This document shows positions 37,705 through 47,082 of a stretch of DNA of 64,000 bases, piece by piece. The translations under genes were made by a program, and so were the position numbers. This stretch comes from Thermoanaerobaculia bacterium (GTDB lineage Bacteria > Acidobacteriota > Thermoanaerobaculia > Multivoradales > Multivoraceae). The stretch is from NCBI GenBank assembly GCA_963666565.1, contig OY762911.1:992001-1056000 (forward strand), read 5' to 3'. The notes beneath the pieces are model-generated. The model did no database searches and was not told the origin of the DNA. It saw nothing but the letters and a program-made list of their open reading frames with translations. The first letter of the stretch is position 1. Every line of letters begins with the position of its first letter.

Positions 37705-40470
37705 ATGAGAAAGCGACTCGCGAACAGTTTGACGGCAGCCGGAATCGCGGCCTTGGCTGTCCTCGTCTGCGCCGGGGCCGCCTGGGCGCAGAACGGACCG
37801 TCCGTCCAGGGGACGATCACCGAGAAGGAATCCGGAGCCCTGCTCCCGGGCGCGGAAGTGTCCCTCAGAGACACTCCCTATCGCGCCCTGTCGGGCAGCG
37901 ACGGCCGCTACCGGCTCGACGGCGTGCCCGCGGGCGACTACACGCTCAACGTGAACTACGTCGGCTTCGAGGACTTCGAGGCCAGCGTCACGGTCGCGGC
38001 CGGGGAGACCGTCTCCCTAGTGATCGAGCTCGACGCCCGCTACGAGTTCGCCGACGAGATCGTCGTCCAGGCGGTCCGGTTCGGGCAGAGCAAGGCGCTG
38101 AACGAGCAGAAGCAGGCCATCAACATCAAGACCGTTCTCTCCGAAGAGCAGATCCAGAGCTTCCCGGACCTGAACACGGCGGAAGTCCTGCAGCGCGTCA
38201 GCGGCGTCGCCATTCAGCGCGACAACGGCGAAGGCCGCTTCGTCTCCATGCGCGGCACACCGTCGGCGATGACGAACATCACGATCAACGGTCAGCAGGT
38301 GGCGTACTCGAACAGTGCGAATCGCATGGTCGAGCTCGACGTCATCTCGGCCGCCCAGTTGACCGGCATCGAGGTGACCAAGGTTCTGACGCCGGACATG
38401 GACGCCGACTCGGTCGGCGGGGCGGTCAACCTGAAGACGCGGAGCGCGTTCGACCAGCCGGACGGCGTGACCAACTTCACGCTGGGCTTCGGCGACAACT
38501 CGATCGCCGACGGCACGCACTCGCGCTCGGCGTTCAACTACTCGACCGTGGGGGGCGCGAACGACAACCTCGGGTTCTCGATCGGCGTCAACTTCGCGCG
38601 CACGGCGGCCGAACGCCACAACAACGAGCACAAATGGGGGAGCGAGGACACCGTCGGCGGCGTCGAGATCCCCTACGCCCTGACCAACACGGAGGCGCAG
38701 TTCTCGGCCAACGACCGCGACCGCTTCGGCGCCAACGCGCGCCTCGAGGTGCGGATCAACGACAACCACAAGCTCGACTTCGCCGTGGTGCAGAACTACC
38801 GCGAAGACGACCAGGACCGCCAGATCACGCGGATTCGCTGGGACAAGGGCGACTACATCAGCCCGACGGAGGTCGAGGGCTTGCGGCTGGTGAAGTCGCT
38901 GCACGACCGGCTCGAGGAGCAGGAGATCACGGCCTACAGCGTGAGCGGGGAGCACCGTTTGGGGCTGTCCGTGCTCGACTTCAGCCTGTCGACGAGTTCC
39001 GCCTTCACCAAGAAGCCGGAAGGGCAGCTCAAGCCGGAGTTCCAGGCCCGCGGGTTCGACCTGAACGTGACCGACATCGGCAGCAAGGCGCCGGGTTGGG
39101 ATTCGACCAGGCAGGACATTCACGACAGCGGCGTCTTCGAGATCGACGCCGTGGACGAGAAGTTCGAGAACACGACCAGCACGATCGACACCGCCAAGGT
39201 GGACCTCACCCGGCCGATGCAGTGGGGCAGCGATACCGGCGAGTTCAAGCTGGGCGTGAAGGTCCGCGCGCTGCAGAAGGATCGCGCCGACCTCCGCTCG
39301 AAGTGGAAGTGGAAGGGCGACGACCTGTTCCTCGACCAGTTCGAGGCCGGGGGTACGAACATGACCGAGGGCGGCTACAACCTCGGCCAGCAGTACAACC
39401 GCTCGGGTTTCCGCTCCTTCTTCTATGGCAACCAGGGCCCGAACGGGTTCGTCGAGGAAGTGCGCAACGACGTCAATCTGGGCGAGCCGTACAACGCCGA
39501 GGAGGACATCAACAGCGTCTACGCGATGACCACCCAGGAGTACGGAAAGCTGACTATGCTGCTGGGCGTGCGGGCCGAGTTCAACGACCTCGACTACACG
39601 GCGGCCAACCTCGTGGTCAACGACGACGACGTGCTCAGGAACACGCAGGAAAGCGTGTCGCGGTCGTACGACTTCGTCTATCCCAACCTGCAGTTCCGCT
39701 ACGCCGTGTCGGACGAGACCCTCGTGCGAGCCGCGTTCACGCGCAGCATGGCACGGCCGAACTTCTGGGATTCGATGCCGTTCTCGTACACCCACACGGA
39801 CGACGAGGAGATCATCCGCGGCAATCCGTATCTCGATCCGGCGCTGGCCAACAACGTCGACTTCCTGGTCGAGCGGTTCTTCGACAACGTCGGCATCGTC
39901 TCCGGCGGCGTGTTCTTCAAGAGCGTCGACGACTTCAACTTCGTCACCGCGACGACGCAGCGCGGCGGCGAGTTCGACGGCTTCGACGTGGAGGAACCGG
40001 TCAATGGCGGCAGCGCGGACCTGATGGGCATCGAGGTCGCCTGGCAGCAGCACTGGGATTCGGGTTTCGGCATCTACGCGAACTACACGTACACCGACGT
40101 GATGAGCATCGACCTGGGCGAACAGACCGACCGGGACGACATCGACGTGCTGCCGGAACAAAGGGAGAACGTGGGCAACCTGGCGCTCATCTACGAGAAG
40201 AACCGGATCCTGACCCGGCTCGCCCTCAACATGAGCGACCGGTGGCTGAGCGAAGTGGGCGACGAGGCCGGCACGGACGAGTGGGCGGATTCGGCGATGT
40301 ACCTCGACTACTCGTTCACCTATCTCTTCGACAACGGTCTCGAGCTGTTCCTGCAGGCCAACAACCTGACGGAAGAGATCGTCTACCTCTACCGGGGCAT
40401 CGCGAGCCGGGCTTCCCAGCAGGACATCACGGGCCGGACCTTCAACGCAGGCATGCGCTGGTCGTTCTAG
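37705..40470 (+). CDS. TonB-dependent receptor
   Basis: Signal peptide, DEIVVQA, PDLNTAEVLQRVSGV, GEGRFVSMRG, GNPYLDP, terminal RWSF. Confidence 0.95.
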   Translation: MRKRLANSLTAAGIAALAVLVCAGAAWAQNGPSVQGTITEKESGALLPGAEVSLRDTPYRALSGSDGRYRLDGVPAGDYTLNVNYVGFEDFEASVTVAAGETVSLVIELDARYEFADEIVVQAVRFGQSKALNEQKQAINIKTVLSEEQIQSFPDLNTAEVLQRVSGVAIQRDNGEGRFVSMRGTPSAMTNITINGQQVAYSNSANRMVELDVISAAQLTGIEVTKVLTPDMDADSVGGAVNLKTRSAFDQPDGVTNFTLGFGDNSIADGTHSRSAFNYSTVGGANDNLGFSIGVNFARTAAERHNNEHKWGSEDTVGGVEIPYALTNTEAQFSANDRDRFGANARLEVRINDNHKLDFAVVQNYREDDQDRQITRIRWDKGDYISPTEVEGLRLVKSLHDRLEEQEITAYSVSGEHRLGLSVLDFSLSTSSAFTKKPEGQLKPEFQARGFDLNVTDIGSKAPGWDSTRQDIHDSGVFEIDAVDEKFENTTSTIDTAKVDLTRPMQWGSDTGEFKLGVKVRALQKDRADLRSKWKWKGDDLFLDQFEAGGTNMTEGGYNLGQQYNRSGFRSFFYGNQGPNGFVEEVRNDVNLGEPYNAEEDINSVYAMTTQEYGKLTMLLGVRAEFNDLDYTAANLVVNDDDVLRNTQESVSRSYDFVYPNLQFRYAVSDETLVRAAFTRSMARPNFWDSMPFSYTHTDDEEIIRGNPYLDPALANNVDFLVERFFDNVGIVSGGVFFKSVDDFNFVTATTQRGGEFDGFDVEEPVNGGSADLMGIEVAWQQHWDSGFGIYANYTYTDVMSIDLGEQTDRDDIDVLPEQRENVGNLALIYEKNRILTRLALNMSDRWLSEVGDEAGTDEWADSAMYLDYSFTYLFDNGLELFLQANNLTEEIVYLYRGIASRASQQDITGRTFNAGMRWSF

Positions 40471-40483
40471 GAGGGGCCAGGGA

Positions 40484-42043
40484 GTGGACACCCCCTCCCT
40501 CCACATCGTCGACTACCTGATCGTCGGGGCGAGCCTCGTCCTGTCGGTCGGGGTCGGCGTCCGCTTTGCGAAGGCCCAATCGACAACCTCGAAGTACTTC
40601 GCCGCCGGCCGCAACGTGCCGGTGTGGGCCATCGGCCTGTCGATCTTCGCGACGCTGATCAGCAGCCTCACCTTCCTGGCCTACCCGGGCGACGGCTTCG
40701 CCGGCGACTGGGTGCGCCTGGTGCAGGGCCTGATGGTGCCGATCGTCGTGCTGCTCGGCATCGGCTTCATCGTGCCGATGTACCGCAAGGTCATCGGCCT
40801 CAGCGCCTACGAGTACTTCGAGCGCCGCTTCGGCTACCTGGCCCGGCTCTACGCCTCGCTGGCCTTTGTGCTGGCGCAGTTCGCCGGCATGGGCTCGGTC
40901 TTCTTCCTGCTGGCGCTGGCGGTCTCCAGCATGACCGGCATCGGCGTCGTGACGGTGGTCGTCGTGCTCGGCCTGGTTGTCACCGTCCTGACGCTCCTCG
41001 GCGGGATGGAGGCCGTCATCTGGCTCGACGTGATCCAGGGGGTGCTGCTCATCCTGGGCGGCCTCGTCACCCTGCTCGTCATCGCGGTCAAGCTCGACGG
41101 CGGCCTGGGCCAGGTGTTCACCGTCGCGGCCGCCGAGAACAAGGTGAGCCTCGGCTCGTTCGACTGGAACCTGGCCGAGCTGACCTTCTGGGTGATGGCG
41201 ATCAACGGCATCTTCTACGCCGTCCAGAAGTACGGCACGGACCAGACGATGGTGCAGCGCTACCTGACCGCCCGGTCGGACCGGGAGGCGATCCGGGCGT
41301 CGATCGGCGGCGTGCTGATGGTGGTGCCGGTGTGGGTGCTGTTCATGTTCATCGGCACCGCGCTCTACGCCTTCTACCAGGGCCAGGCGTCGCTGCCGGA
41401 CGGCCTGCGGGCCGACGCCGTGTTCCCGCACTTCATCCTGAACGAGATGCCGGTCGGCGTCGTCGGGCTGATCATCGCGGCGCTGCTGGCGGCCGCGATC
41501 TCGTCGCTCGACTCGGACCTCAACTGCCTGGCGGCCGTCGCCGTCGACGACTACTACAAGAAGCTGCGGCCGCGGAGCACCGAGCTGCAGCGGGTGCGCG
41601 TGGGGAAGATCGTCGTCACGCTGTCGGGCATCGGCTCGATCGTCGTCGCGCTGATCTACGTCGCCGTCGGCGACGCGGGCGTGCTGGCGACCGTGTTCGC
41701 CCTCTACGCGATCTTCTCGGGCGGCATCGCCGGGATGTTCCTGCTCGGCATCTTCGTGCCGCGCGTCAACAAGGAGGGCCTCTACGTCGGCATCGGCGTC
41801 TGCGTGCTGTTCACCGCCGCCGCCCTGCTCACCTCGACCGAGTTCAGCCTCGGCGGCGAGCCGCGCATCTGGCTGGATTTGGGCCCGCTCAACTACACGC
41901 AGCACAACTACATGCTCGGCGTGTACAGCCACATCGTGCTGTTCGGTGTCGCCTGGGCGGCGAGTTGCTTCTTCCCCGCGCGGGACGTGGATCGGAACCT
42001 GACCTATGCTGGCTGGAAAGATCGGAAGCGAAGCGAGGCTTGA
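40484..42043 (+). CDS. Sodium:solute symporter (SSS family)
   Basis: YFAAGRNVP, SAYEYFERRFG, GGMEAVIWLDVIQ, DQTMVQRYL, AAAISSLDSDLN. Confidence 0.95.
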   Translation: MDTPSLHIVDYLIVGASLVLSVGVGVRFAKAQSTTSKYFAAGRNVPVWAIGLSIFATLISSLTFLAYPGDGFAGDWVRLVQGLMVPIVVLLGIGFIVPMYRKVIGLSAYEYFERRFGYLARLYASLAFVLAQFAGMGSVFFLLALAVSSMTGIGVVTVVVVLGLVVTVLTLLGGMEAVIWLDVIQGVLLILGGLVTLLVIAVKLDGGLGQVFTVAAAENKVSLGSFDWNLAELTFWVMAINGIFYAVQKYGTDQTMVQRYLTARSDREAIRASIGGVLMVVPVWVLFMFIGTALYAFYQGQASLPDGLRADAVFPHFILNEMPVGVVGLIIAALLAAAISSLDSDLNCLAAVAVDDYYKKLRPRSTELQRVRVGKIVVTLSGIGSIVVALIYVAVGDAGVLATVFALYAIFSGGIAGMFLLGIFVPRVNKEGLYVGIGVCVLFTAAALLTSTEFSLGGEPRIWLDLGPLNYTQHNYMLGVYSHIVLFGVAWAASCFFPARDVDRNLTYAGWKDRKRSEA

Positions 42044-42055
42044 GGAGGTGACGAG

Positions 42056-43636
42056 GTGAAGCAGCAGTGGTGCTCTGGGTGCGCGGGTCTTCTGACCCGC
42101 TTGCCGCCGAAGGCGGCAGCAAAATCGCCGCCGGCGAAGCCGGCGACCGCATTCCCTGGGCTGCGCCGCTTCGCGGCTTCGCCCAGAGGCGGGTCAGAAG
42201 ACCCGCGCACCCAGAGATACGGCATCGGCTTGGCGGCACTCCTCCTCCTCGCCGCCTGCGCCGCTCCTGACGCCACACCGCCCACCACCGACACCAACAC
42301 CCCCTGGAACGTAGTCCTCTTCCTCGCCGACGACCTCGCCTGGAACCAGGTCGGCTACCACGGCACGACCTTCTACGAAACGCCGACCATCGACGCCGTC
42401 GCCGCCGCCGGCATGACCTTCTCGAACGCCTACTCGGCCAACCCCGTCTGCTCGCCGACCCGCGCCAGCCTGATGACCGGCAAGAACCCGGCGCGTCTCC
42501 AGATCACCGACTACATCCCCGGCAGCCCGTACCCGTACGCGCGCCTCCTGCGCCCGGCGGAGGTCCCCGGCCTGCCGCTCGAAGAGGTAACGCTCGCCGA
42601 GCTCTTCAAGTCCCGGGGCTACGCCACCGGCCACTTCGGCAAGTGGCACCTCAACGTCGACAAGGAGTACGTGCCCGGCCGGCCGATGGACCCGGCTTCC
42701 CAGGGCTTCGACGACATCCTGACCACCGTCAAGCCGGAGTACGAGGACGACCCGCTCGCCGACGCCCACCACGCCCGCGAGATCACGGACCGGTCGCTCG
42801 CCTTCCTCGACGCGAACCGGGACAACCCGTTCTTCCTCTACGTCACCCACCACGTCGTCCACCGACCGCTGCTGGAGGACCCGAAGCTGATCGCCAAGTA
42901 CGAGGCGAAGCCCGGCGCCGACGACCCGGTCAACAACTCGATCATGGGCGCGATGATCGAGACGATGGACACCGGCTTCGGGCAGATCCTCGACCGCATC
43001 GAGGAGCACGGCCTGACCGAGCGGACGATCGTCATCTTCTACTCCGACAACGGCGGCTTCGAGCAGCTCCAGGCGCAGGACCCCTTCCGCGGCGGCAAGG
43101 CGATGATCTGGGAAGGCGGCATCCGCGTGCCGCTGGCCGTCAAGTGGCCGGGCGTGGTCGAGCCCGGCAGCGCCAGCGACGAACTGATCACCTCGGACGA
43201 CTTCTTCGCGACGATCGCCGGCATCCTCGGCGTCGACGAACTCCCCGCCGACATCGACGGCGTGAGCCTCCTGCCGGTGCTCGACGGGACCGGCTCGCTC
43301 GACCGCGACACCCTCTACTTCCACTACCCGCACTACCACCACCTCGGCTACATGCCCGCCGGCGCGATCCGGCAAGGCGACTACAAGCTGATCGAGTGGT
43401 TCGAAGGCACGATCGCCGGGGTGGGCCCCGCCGTCAGCCTCTTCAACCTGGCAAAGGACCCCGGCGAGACGACCAACCTGGCCGCCGAGAAACCCGAGCT
43501 GGCTGACAGCCTGCTCCAGCAACTCGCCGCCTGGCGCCAGGAGATCGGCGCCGACGAGATGACCGTCAACCCCGGCTACGAGGAAGCCCGCCACGACTGG
43601 CGCTTCGTCGACGAACACGGAGGCGACGCCAGATGA
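42056..43636 (+). CDS. Cys-type sulfatase, lipoprotein; a REPIN lies within the n-region
   Basis: ADDL, CSPTR, GKWHL, SDNG, EGGIRVP; AGGAGG-7 nt-GTG; lipobox LAAC. Confidence 0.93.
   Translation: MKQQWCSGCAGLLTRLPPKAAAKSPPAKPATAFPGLRRFAASPRGGSEDPRTQRYGIGLAALLLLAACAAPDATPPTTDTNTPWNVVLFLADDLAWNQVGYHGTTFYETPTIDAVAAAGMTFSNAYSANPVCSPTRASLMTGKNPARLQITDYIPGSPYPYARLLRPAEVPGLPLEEVTLAELFKSRGYATGHFGKWHLNVDKEYVPGRPMDPASQGFDDILTTVKPEYEDDPLADAHHAREITDRSLAFLDANRDNPFFLYVTHHVVHRPLLEDPKLIAKYEAKPGADDPVNNSIMGAMIETMDTGFGQILDRIEEHGLTERTIVIFYSDNGGFEQLQAQDPFRGGKAMIWEGGIRVPLAVKWPGVVEPGSASDELITSDDFFATIAGILGVDELPADIDGVSLLPVLDGTGSLDRDTLYFHYPHYHHLGYMPAGAIRQGDYKLIEWFEGTIAGVGPAVSLFNLAKDPGETTNLAAEKPELADSLLQQLAAWRQEIGADEMTVNPGYEEARHDWRFVDEHGGDAR
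42075..42214. repeat. REPIN inside the sulfatase 5' coding region
   Basis: Perfect inverted REP-A ends. Confidence 0.93.
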
Positions 43637-43642
43637 AGAACG

Positions 43643-43839
43643 CTGGGTGCGCGGGTCTTCCGACCCGCACTGGGTGCGCGGGTCTTCCGACCCGCACTGG
43701 GTGCGCGGGTCTTCTGACCCGCATGCCGCCGGAGGCGGCAAGGAACATTGTCGCCGGCCCTTGGCCGGCGGCCGCTCTTCCCGGGCTACGCCGCTCCGCG
43801 GCTTCGCCCCCATGCGGGTCGGAAGACCCGCGCACCCAG
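43643..43839. repeat. Three tandem REP-A (27-bp period), spacer, inverted REP-A
   Basis: Copies at 43643, 43670 and 43697; inverted copy at 43814-43839. Confidence 0.93.
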
Positions 43840-43895
43840 GGAACAGCCGTCGGCATGGGCAGGTTCGCTGCCTGAGTTGAGGAACCGGGAGCCGC

Positions 43896-45224
43896 ATGAC
43901 CACTCTCAACCGCCGCGATGCTCTTCTCGCCGCCCTCGGCCTCGGCGCCGCCGGTGCCGCCCGTCCCCTGCGCGCCCTGCGGCGACAACCCCAACAACAC
44001 GGCCCCCTAGAACGCACCTTCGAAGACGCCAAGCCCCTCAACCTCCGCATCACCGACCTCCGCACCTTCCTCGTCGACGCCGGCAACGACGAGAACTTCG
44101 TCTTCGTCAAGCTCTACACCAACCAGGGCATCACCGGCCTCGGCGAAGGCACCCTCGCCAACAAGGGCGAGGTCGTCGCCGCCGCCATCGAGAACCACAA
44201 GCGCTACCTCGTCGGCAAGGATCCGACCGAGATCGAGCGCCACTGGCGCGGCATGTTCATCGGCCCGCGCTACCGCGGCGGCCCGGTCCTCATGTCGGCG
44301 CTCTCCGCGGTCGAGATAGCCATGTGGGACATCCTCGGGCAGGCCCTCGGCCAGCCGATCTGGCAGCTCCTCGGCGGCAAGGCCCGCGACAGGGTGCGGC
44401 TCTACTGCCACGAGGGCTACCTCGAACGGATCGGCCACCGCCAGAAGCGCCGCGCCGCCGACTACGAGGAGGAGCTCGACCTCTGGCGCCAGAAGAAGGA
44501 GGACGGCTGGACCTGCGTCAAGGGCGGCTTCTACCCGGGCGGCCGGCCCATCGACCACCGCGTGTCGATCCGCCGCGGCGTCGAGCACCTCGCCCGGGTG
44601 CGCGAGATCGTCGGGCCGGACTTCGACATCATCGTCGAGGCGCACGGCAAGCCGACGCCGCTCTCCGCCGTCGAGTTCTGCAACCGGGTGGAGGAGTACC
44701 GGCCGTTCTGGGTCGAGGAGGTCACCCAGCTCGAGAACGAGGCGATCGAGGAGGTCCGCCAGATCCGCGCCCAGACCCGCGTGCCGCTGGCGACCGGCGA
44801 GCGCCTCACCTCCCGCTACCACTTCGCGCCGCTGTGCTCGGAGCGGCTCGTCGACGTGATCATGCCGGACGTCGTCCACGTCGGCGGCATCTCCGAGCTG
44901 CGCAAGATCGCGATCATGGCCGAGGGCTTCCGTGTCGACGTGTCGCCGCACAACCCGCAGAGCGAGGTCGGCACCCTTGCCTCCATGCACGTCTGCGCCT
45001 GCACCCCGAACTGCACCATCCTCGAAATCGGCAGCGGCCAGGACCCGTTCTGGCAGGACCTCTTCCACGGCGGCCACTTCTGCTACGAACGCGGCTTCGC
45101 CAAGCTCCCCAGCCGCCCCGGCCTCGGCATCGACCTCGACGAGGAAGTCGCCGCGAAGTTCCCGTACGAGCCGAAGAACTGGAGCACGTTGACCACCGAA
45201 GATGGCGCGTTCGTGGATCGATAA
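43896..45224 (+). CDS. Mandelate racemase/enolase-superfamily acid-sugar dehydratase (DgoD-like) with Tat-like signal
   Basis: LNRRDALLAALG, ITGLGEG, SAVEIAMWDILG, LLGGKARDRV, PLATGERL, PHNP. Confidence 0.9.
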   Translation: MTTLNRRDALLAALGLGAAGAARPLRALRRQPQQHGPLERTFEDAKPLNLRITDLRTFLVDAGNDENFVFVKLYTNQGITGLGEGTLANKGEVVAAAIENHKRYLVGKDPTEIERHWRGMFIGPRYRGGPVLMSALSAVEIAMWDILGQALGQPIWQLLGGKARDRVRLYCHEGYLERIGHRQKRRAADYEEELDLWRQKKEDGWTCVKGGFYPGGRPIDHRVSIRRGVEHLARVREIVGPDFDIIVEAHGKPTPLSAVEFCNRVEEYRPFWVEEVTQLENEAIEEVRQIRAQTRVPLATGERLTSRYHFAPLCSERLVDVIMPDVVHVGGISELRKIAIMAEGFRVDVSPHNPQSEVGTLASMHVCACTPNCTILEIGSGQDPFWQDLFHGGHFCYERGFAKLPSRPGLGIDLDEEVAAKFPYEPKNWSTLTTEDGAFVDR

Positions 45225-47082
45225 CGCTGGGTGCGCACCCAGAGCAACGGCGTCGTCGTGGTGTACCGCTCTGCTGTGGGCCGCCACCCTCGGCTGCACC
45301 GCGCCGGCCGCCGACCGCACCGCCGAACTCGCCGCTCGCGAAGCCGGCAACCCCGGCGGCGAGAACTTCGGCGAGTTCGGCCCGCCGGACGCCTACGAAG
45401 GCGACTCCCCGCACCCCTTCTACGGCGCCGAGAACGAGTGGAGCCGCCGCATGTTCGACGAGCGCTCCGCCGACCTCTACTACAAGCGCCGCGGCCAGCG
45501 GCAACTGCTCGAGATCCTCGACGGCAACCCAACCCGCGCGATCGAGTTGGCCGACGCCCGGCTCGCCGCGCACATGTTTGACGCCGAGTCGCTGTTCATC
45601 AAGGCAGTCGCGCGGGCTCAACTCGGCCGGATCGAGCAGGCCGAGGACGCGATGCTCAGCGCGATCGCTTTCGGCATGCCCGCCGGCCGTTTTCTCGCCG
45701 GACCGCGCGAGTTGCTCGAACCGCTCGCCGCGACCGAGACCTTCACGGCGCACGCGGCCCGCCCGAGGAACGCGATCGTCCACGGCCCCATGCTGGGCGC
45801 CGTCACCGACACCAGCGCCAGCGTCTGGATCCGCACCGCCGTGGCGAGCGGCTTCGAAGTCGTCGCGACCGCCGGGAACGAACGGCACGTCGCCTCCGGC
45901 GCCACCGCCGCCGACCGCGACTACACCGGCACGGCGACGCTCCGCGGCCTCTCGCCGGACACGACCTACAGCTACCAGGTCCTCGTCGCCGCGACCCCGG
46001 AACCGCCTCCGCCGTCGCAGCCGCCCGACAGCAACGCACGCACACCTTCGCCGCGGCCGGCAACGGACGGCGCCTCCCGGCCGCCGTCCCAACCGCCGAG
46101 CTACACCCTCCGCACCTCCCCGCCCCCCGGCGCCCCCGGCACCGTGACCATCGCCTTCGGCGGTTGCGCCGGCTACACGCCGCAGAACGAACGGATGTGG
46201 GACACGATCGCCGCCCACGGCCCGCGGGCGCTGCTCCTGCTCGGCGACAACGTCTACATCGACCTGCCGGAGCAGCCCGGCCCGTTCCACGACTACGCCT
46301 ACTACCAGCGCCAGTCGCGCCCCGAGTTCCGGCGCCTGGTGAGCGCGACTCCGGTCTACGCCGTCTGGGACGACCACGACGCGGCCTTCGACGACATCTG
46401 GCTCGGTCCCTACGTCGACCGCCCGGCCTGGAAGCTGCCGATGGTCGAGCACTTCCGCCGCAACTGGAACAACCCGGCTTCCGGGTCGGCGTCGCACCCC
46501 GGCGTCTGGTTCCGGTTCTCGCTCGGCGACGTCGACTTCTTCCTGCTCGACGGCCGCACCTACCGGACGAACCCCTTCGTCGAAGAGCGTACCATGCTCG
46601 GCCCGGTGCAGAAGGCCTGGCTGCTCGACGGGCTGCGCGCCTCCGAGGCCACGTTCAAGGTGATCGCCAGCCCGGTCGCCTGGGCCGACGGCGCCAAGCC
46701 CGGCAGCCGCGACACCTGGTCGGGGTTCCCGGAGGAGCGGGAGGAGATCTTCCGTTTCGTCGAGGAGAACGACGTGACCGGCGTGGTGCTGCTCTCGTCC
46801 GACCGGCACCGGTCCGAGGCATGGGTGATCGAGCGCGAGAGCGGCTATGCGTTCCACGACCTCCTGAGCGGGCAGTTGACGAATATCCACACGCATCCGA
46901 TCGAGCCGGGCGCGCTGTTCAGTTACAACCTGAAGGACTCGTTCGGCTTGCTGACGTTCGAGACGGTGGGTGAGGATCCGCGGGTGACTTACCGGATCTA
47001 CTCGATCGACGATGAGTTGGTGGAGACTCTGGTGATTCCGCACGCCGACCTCGCCGTCACCGGTGAAGAAGGGAAGCAGTAA
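45202..47082 (+). CDS. PhoD-family alkaline phosphatase/phosphodiesterase with a TPR-like N-terminal region
   Basis: HGPMLGAVT, LGDNVYID, WDDHD, LDGRTYR, SDRH; start uncertain. Confidence 0.88.
   Translation: MARSWIDNAGCAPRATASSWCTALLWAATLGCTAPAADRTAELAAREAGNPGGENFGEFGPPDAYEGDSPHPFYGAENEWSRRMFDERSADLYYKRRGQRQLLEILDGNPTRAIELADARLAAHMFDAESLFIKAVARAQLGRIEQAEDAMLSAIAFGMPAGRFLAGPRELLEPLAATETFTAHAARPRNAIVHGPMLGAVTDTSASVWIRTAVASGFEVVATAGNERHVASGATAADRDYTGTATLRGLSPDTTYSYQVLVAATPEPPPPSQPPDSNARTPSPRPATDGASRPPSQPPSYTLRTSPPPGAPGTVTIAFGGCAGYTPQNERMWDTIAAHGPRALLLLGDNVYIDLPEQPGPFHDYAYYQRQSRPEFRRLVSATPVYAVWDDHDAAFDDIWLGPYVDRPAWKLPMVEHFRRNWNNPASGSASHPGVWFRFSLGDVDFFLLDGRTYRTNPFVEERTMLGPVQKAWLLDGLRASEATFKVIASPVAWADGAKPGSRDTWSGFPEEREEIFRFVEENDVTGVVLLSSDRHRSEAWVIERESGYAFHDLLSGQLTNIHTHPIEPGALFSYNLKDSFGLLTFETVGEDPRVTYRIYSIDDELVETLVIPHADLAVTGEEGKQ
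45227..45242. repeat. Minimal perfect palindrome CTGGGTGCGCACCCAG (fused REP termini)
   Basis: Two REP leaders joined with no hairpins or spacer. Confidence 0.75.

Noticed and set aside
43643-43722. Tandem 26-bp palindromic repeats as a CRISPR array
   Set aside because: Units are separated by 1 nt with no unique spacers, the same repeat is dispersed in both orientations, and I found no cas genes.
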